Source: an uncultured Thiopseudomonas sp.
Lineage (GTDB): Bacteria > Pseudomonadota > Gammaproteobacteria > Pseudomonadales > Pseudomonadaceae
NCBI GenBank assembly: GCA_964385265.1
Contig: CAYLOI010000007.1
Coordinates: 9,508-73,507, forward strand
Direction: 5' to 3'
Length of the DNA: 64,000 nt
The notes under the pieces: generated by a model
The model's input: only the letters and a program-made list of their open reading frames with translations
The model's database searches: none
What the model was told of the DNA's origin: nothing
Part shown: positions 61,772 through 64,000 of the stretch, piece after piece
Layout of the letters: each line of letters starts with the position of its first letter
Numbering within the stretch: position 1 is the first letter of the stretch
Translations under genes and position numbers: made by a program

Positions 61772-63562
61772 GTGTCGAAACTTATCAATAATAAAGACTT
61801 AGAGTTTCTCCTCTATAACGTATTTAACGCTGAGCAACTGACCCAGTTACCGCGCTTTGCTGAGCATGACCGCACCACCTTTGACGGCATCTTAAACACC
61901 GCAGAGCGTATCGCGGTTGACTATTTTGCTCCGCATAATGCTAAAGCCGATGCCAACGAGCCACAGTTTGATGGCAAAAGTGTCACCACAATTCCTGAAG
62001 TAAAAGACGCTTGGCGGCACTTTTCCGAATCAGGTTTGCTCTGTGCCAAGCATGACTATGCCGATGGAGGTATGCAGTTACCGTCGTTGCTGCACATGGC
62101 CGCCAACACATTCTTTATGTCGGCCAACCCATCAACTGCGGGCTATCCATTTTTAACCAGCGCCGCGGCCAATGTGATTCATGCTTTTGGCAGTGATGAA
62201 CAAAAAGCCATGTTTATTCCATCGCTGTTTAGCGGTCGTTTTTCGGGAACCATGGCTTTAACCGAACCGGATGTGGGCTCGTCCTTGGGCGATCTGAACA
62301 CTAAAGCCGTACCCGCCGCTGATGGCAGCTATCGGATCAAGGGCCAGAAAATGTACATCTCCGGTGGTGATCAAGACATCACCGAGAACATCGTGCACTT
62401 GGTTTTGGCGCGCATTGAAGGCGCAGAGAAAGGCGTTAAAGGTATCTCACTGTTTATCGTGCCCAAAGTGATGACCAACCCAGACGGCTCGTTAGCCGAA
62501 CGCAACGATGTGCAACTGGTGGGTTTGCTGCATAAGATGGGCTACCGCGGCACCACCTCGACCGTGCTCAATTTTGGTGAGCACGATAACTGCGTCGGTT
62601 ACCTGCTGGGTGAAGCGGGTAAAGGCTTGATGTATATGTTCAAGATGATGAACGAAGCACGCATTGGCGTGGGTTTAGGCGCGGCAATGATCGGTTATCG
62701 CGGATATTTAGAATCACTCGATTACGCCCGCAATCGCCCGCAAGGCCGCCCTGCCAGCGAGAAAAGCCCAGACAGCAAGCCAATTAACATCATCGAACAC
62801 TCGGATGTAAAGCGCATGTTGTTAGCGCAAAAAGCTTACGTGGAAGGCTCGCTGGCTCTGTGCTTATTGGCTGCACGTTTGGTGGATGAGCAAGAAGCCG
62901 GTAAGGATGCCGATGCCGGTATTTTGCTCGATTTACTCACGCCGATGGTCAAGTCTTTCCCATCCTTTTATGGTCCGCGCGCCAATGATCTGGCCATTCA
63001 AGTGCTCGGCGGTGCCGGTTATACCCGTGAATATCCGGTAGAACAGTGCTACCGCGACAACCGGTTAAATCCAATTCATGAAGGTACTCATGGCATTCAA
63101 TCTCTGGATTTATTAGGCCGTAAACTCTGGCAGCACAACGGCAAAGGCTTAAAACTGTTAATGGCGCGCATGCACAGCACCCTCGCCTCTGCGGCACAGA
63201 AACCACAACTGGGCGAACTGGTCAGTGAGTTCGAGCACTACTTAACCCAAGTGCAAACCACCACGTTGAAGCTCGGTGGTGCCATGCAAACAGGCCAAAT
63301 CGAGGAAGCGCTGGCCAACTCTGCGCTGTTCTTAGACATGCTGGGTAAAACTGTGGTCGGCTGGTTGTGGCTGGAGATGGCCGATAAAGCCTTGACCACC
63401 TTTGCCGGTTCCAGCAACGCTGAAGACACAGACTTTGTTGCCGGTAAGTTACAAGCGGCGCAGTATTTTATTCGTTGGGAAATGCCAGAAATAGAACTGC
63501 AAGCACGTTTACTGCAGCGTTTTGATCGCAGCTGCTTAGATATGCAAAGCGCTTGGTTCTAG
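61772..63562 (+). CDS. long-type acyl-CoA dehydrogenase (~596 aa)
   Basis: ACAD motifs (MALTEPDVGSS, YISGGD, QVLGGAGYTREYPVEQCYRD). GTG at 61772 is preceded by GGAG. The upstream part of the track ORF overlaps the divergent promoter region. Confidence 0.85.
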   Translation: MSKLINNKDLEFLLYNVFNAEQLTQLPRFAEHDRTTFDGILNTAERIAVDYFAPHNAKADANEPQFDGKSVTTIPEVKDAWRHFSESGLLCAKHDYADGGMQLPSLLHMAANTFFMSANPSTAGYPFLTSAAANVIHAFGSDEQKAMFIPSLFSGRFSGTMALTEPDVGSSLGDLNTKAVPAADGSYRIKGQKMYISGGDQDITENIVHLVLARIEGAEKGVKGISLFIVPKVMTNPDGSLAERNDVQLVGLLHKMGYRGTTSTVLNFGEHDNCVGYLLGEAGKGLMYMFKMMNEARIGVGLGAAMIGYRGYLESLDYARNRPQGRPASEKSPDSKPINIIEHSDVKRMLLAQKAYVEGSLALCLLAARLVDEQEAGKDADAGILLDLLTPMVKSFPSFYGPRANDLAIQVLGGAGYTREYPVEQCYRDNRLNPIHEGTHGIQSLDLLGRKLWQHNGKGLKLLMARMHSTLASAAQKPQLGELVSEFEHYLTQVQTTTLKLGGAMQTGQIEEALANSALFLDMLGKTVVGWLWLEMADKALTTFAGSSNAEDTDFVAGKLQAAQYFIRWEMPEIELQARLLQRFDRSCLDMQSAWF

Positions 63563-63579
63563 GTTATGTTCAACGGGAC

Positions 63580-63622
63580 GCGCTGAATATCCTGGATAAC
63601 AAACTGGACCATTATTCAGCGC
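63580..63622 (+). other. 10-11 bp intercistronic hairpin between the acyl-CoA dehydrogenase and enoyl-CoA hydratase genes
   Basis: gcgctgaata-N23-tattcagcgc. No U-tract. Confidence 0.35.
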
Positions 63623-63656
63623 GCTCTTAGTAAACCCTGAATGATTAGGAGCAGCC

Positions 63657-64000
63657 ATGAGCAGCGAAAACAAAGTGTTGGTTGAGGCCAGTGAGCATAT
63701 TCTGACGATCACCTTCAACCGCCCAGAAAAACTCAATGCACTGGATCCTGAAAGTTTCCACCTGTTGGCGCAGGCACTGTATCGACTGCAACATGACAGC
63801 GAACTGCGCGTTGGTGTTATCCAAGCCAACGGCAAGCACTTTACCGCAGGTTTAGAGTTGGATAAGTGGGCACCGATCTTTGCCACAGGCCAAGCTCCCG
63901 AACTGCCGCAAGGTGAAATCGATCCTTATGGCATTGCTGGCGAAACCTTAAGCAAACCTTTAATCATGGCTGCGCAGGGTCTGTGCTACACCTCAGGCCT
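63657..64000 (+). CDS. enoyl-CoA hydratase/isomerase (crotonase) family protein, N-terminal part; continues past the window
   Basis: My translation reads MSSENKVLVEASEHILTITFNRPEKLNALDPES...HFTAGLEL. AGGAG lies upstream. Not in the track because it is open at the edge. Confidence 0.8.
   Translation, partial: MSSENKVLVEASEHILTITFNRPEKLNALDPESFHLLAQALYRLQHDSELRVGVIQANGKHFTAGLELDKWAPIFATGQAPELPQGEIDPYGIAGETLSKPLIMAAQGLCYTSG

Overview
This is a 64-kb chromosomal segment of roughly 50% GC from a flagellated gammaproteobacterium. Gene order and protein sequences look Pseudomonas-like: psrA-nagZ-MTI phosphorylase, fabA-fabB next to a PA1611-like kinase, phoPQ, and fliK to flhB. The content is almost entirely housekeeping. 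It includes the 2-methylcitrate operon (GntR regulator, prpB, prpC, acnD), pabB, a MoxR-DUF58-TgpA operon, sixA and gpsA, fabAB, speE, cysB, nagZ, uppP, an MCP, the flagellar export operon fliKLMNOPQR-flhB, ttcA, panE, zapE and beta-oxidation genes. I see no integrase, transposase, phage, CRISPR or recognisable defence genes. The one stretch the gene models do not explain is a 1.3-kb ORF-free gap (10604-11927). It holds five copies, on both strands, of a ~100-nt element with covarying helices, sense-strand-only G-U pairs and GGA-bearing hairpin loops. I read it as a candidate unclassified structured sRNA family, possibly a Csr/Rsm-type decoy, but a REP/BIME-like DNA repeat remains possible. 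Secondary items are: an uncharacterised periplasmic retropepsin / 7TM inactive-transglutaminase / RimK-like ATP-grasp operon; a TonB receptor / binding protein / sensor kinase module; a LemA-GIDE pair; hexanucleotide microsatellites inside a coding gene; a 140-bp palindrome in the cysB promoter region; and several operator or promoter sites readable directly from the sequence. All functional calls rest on my own recognition of protein motifs and synteny; no database search was run.
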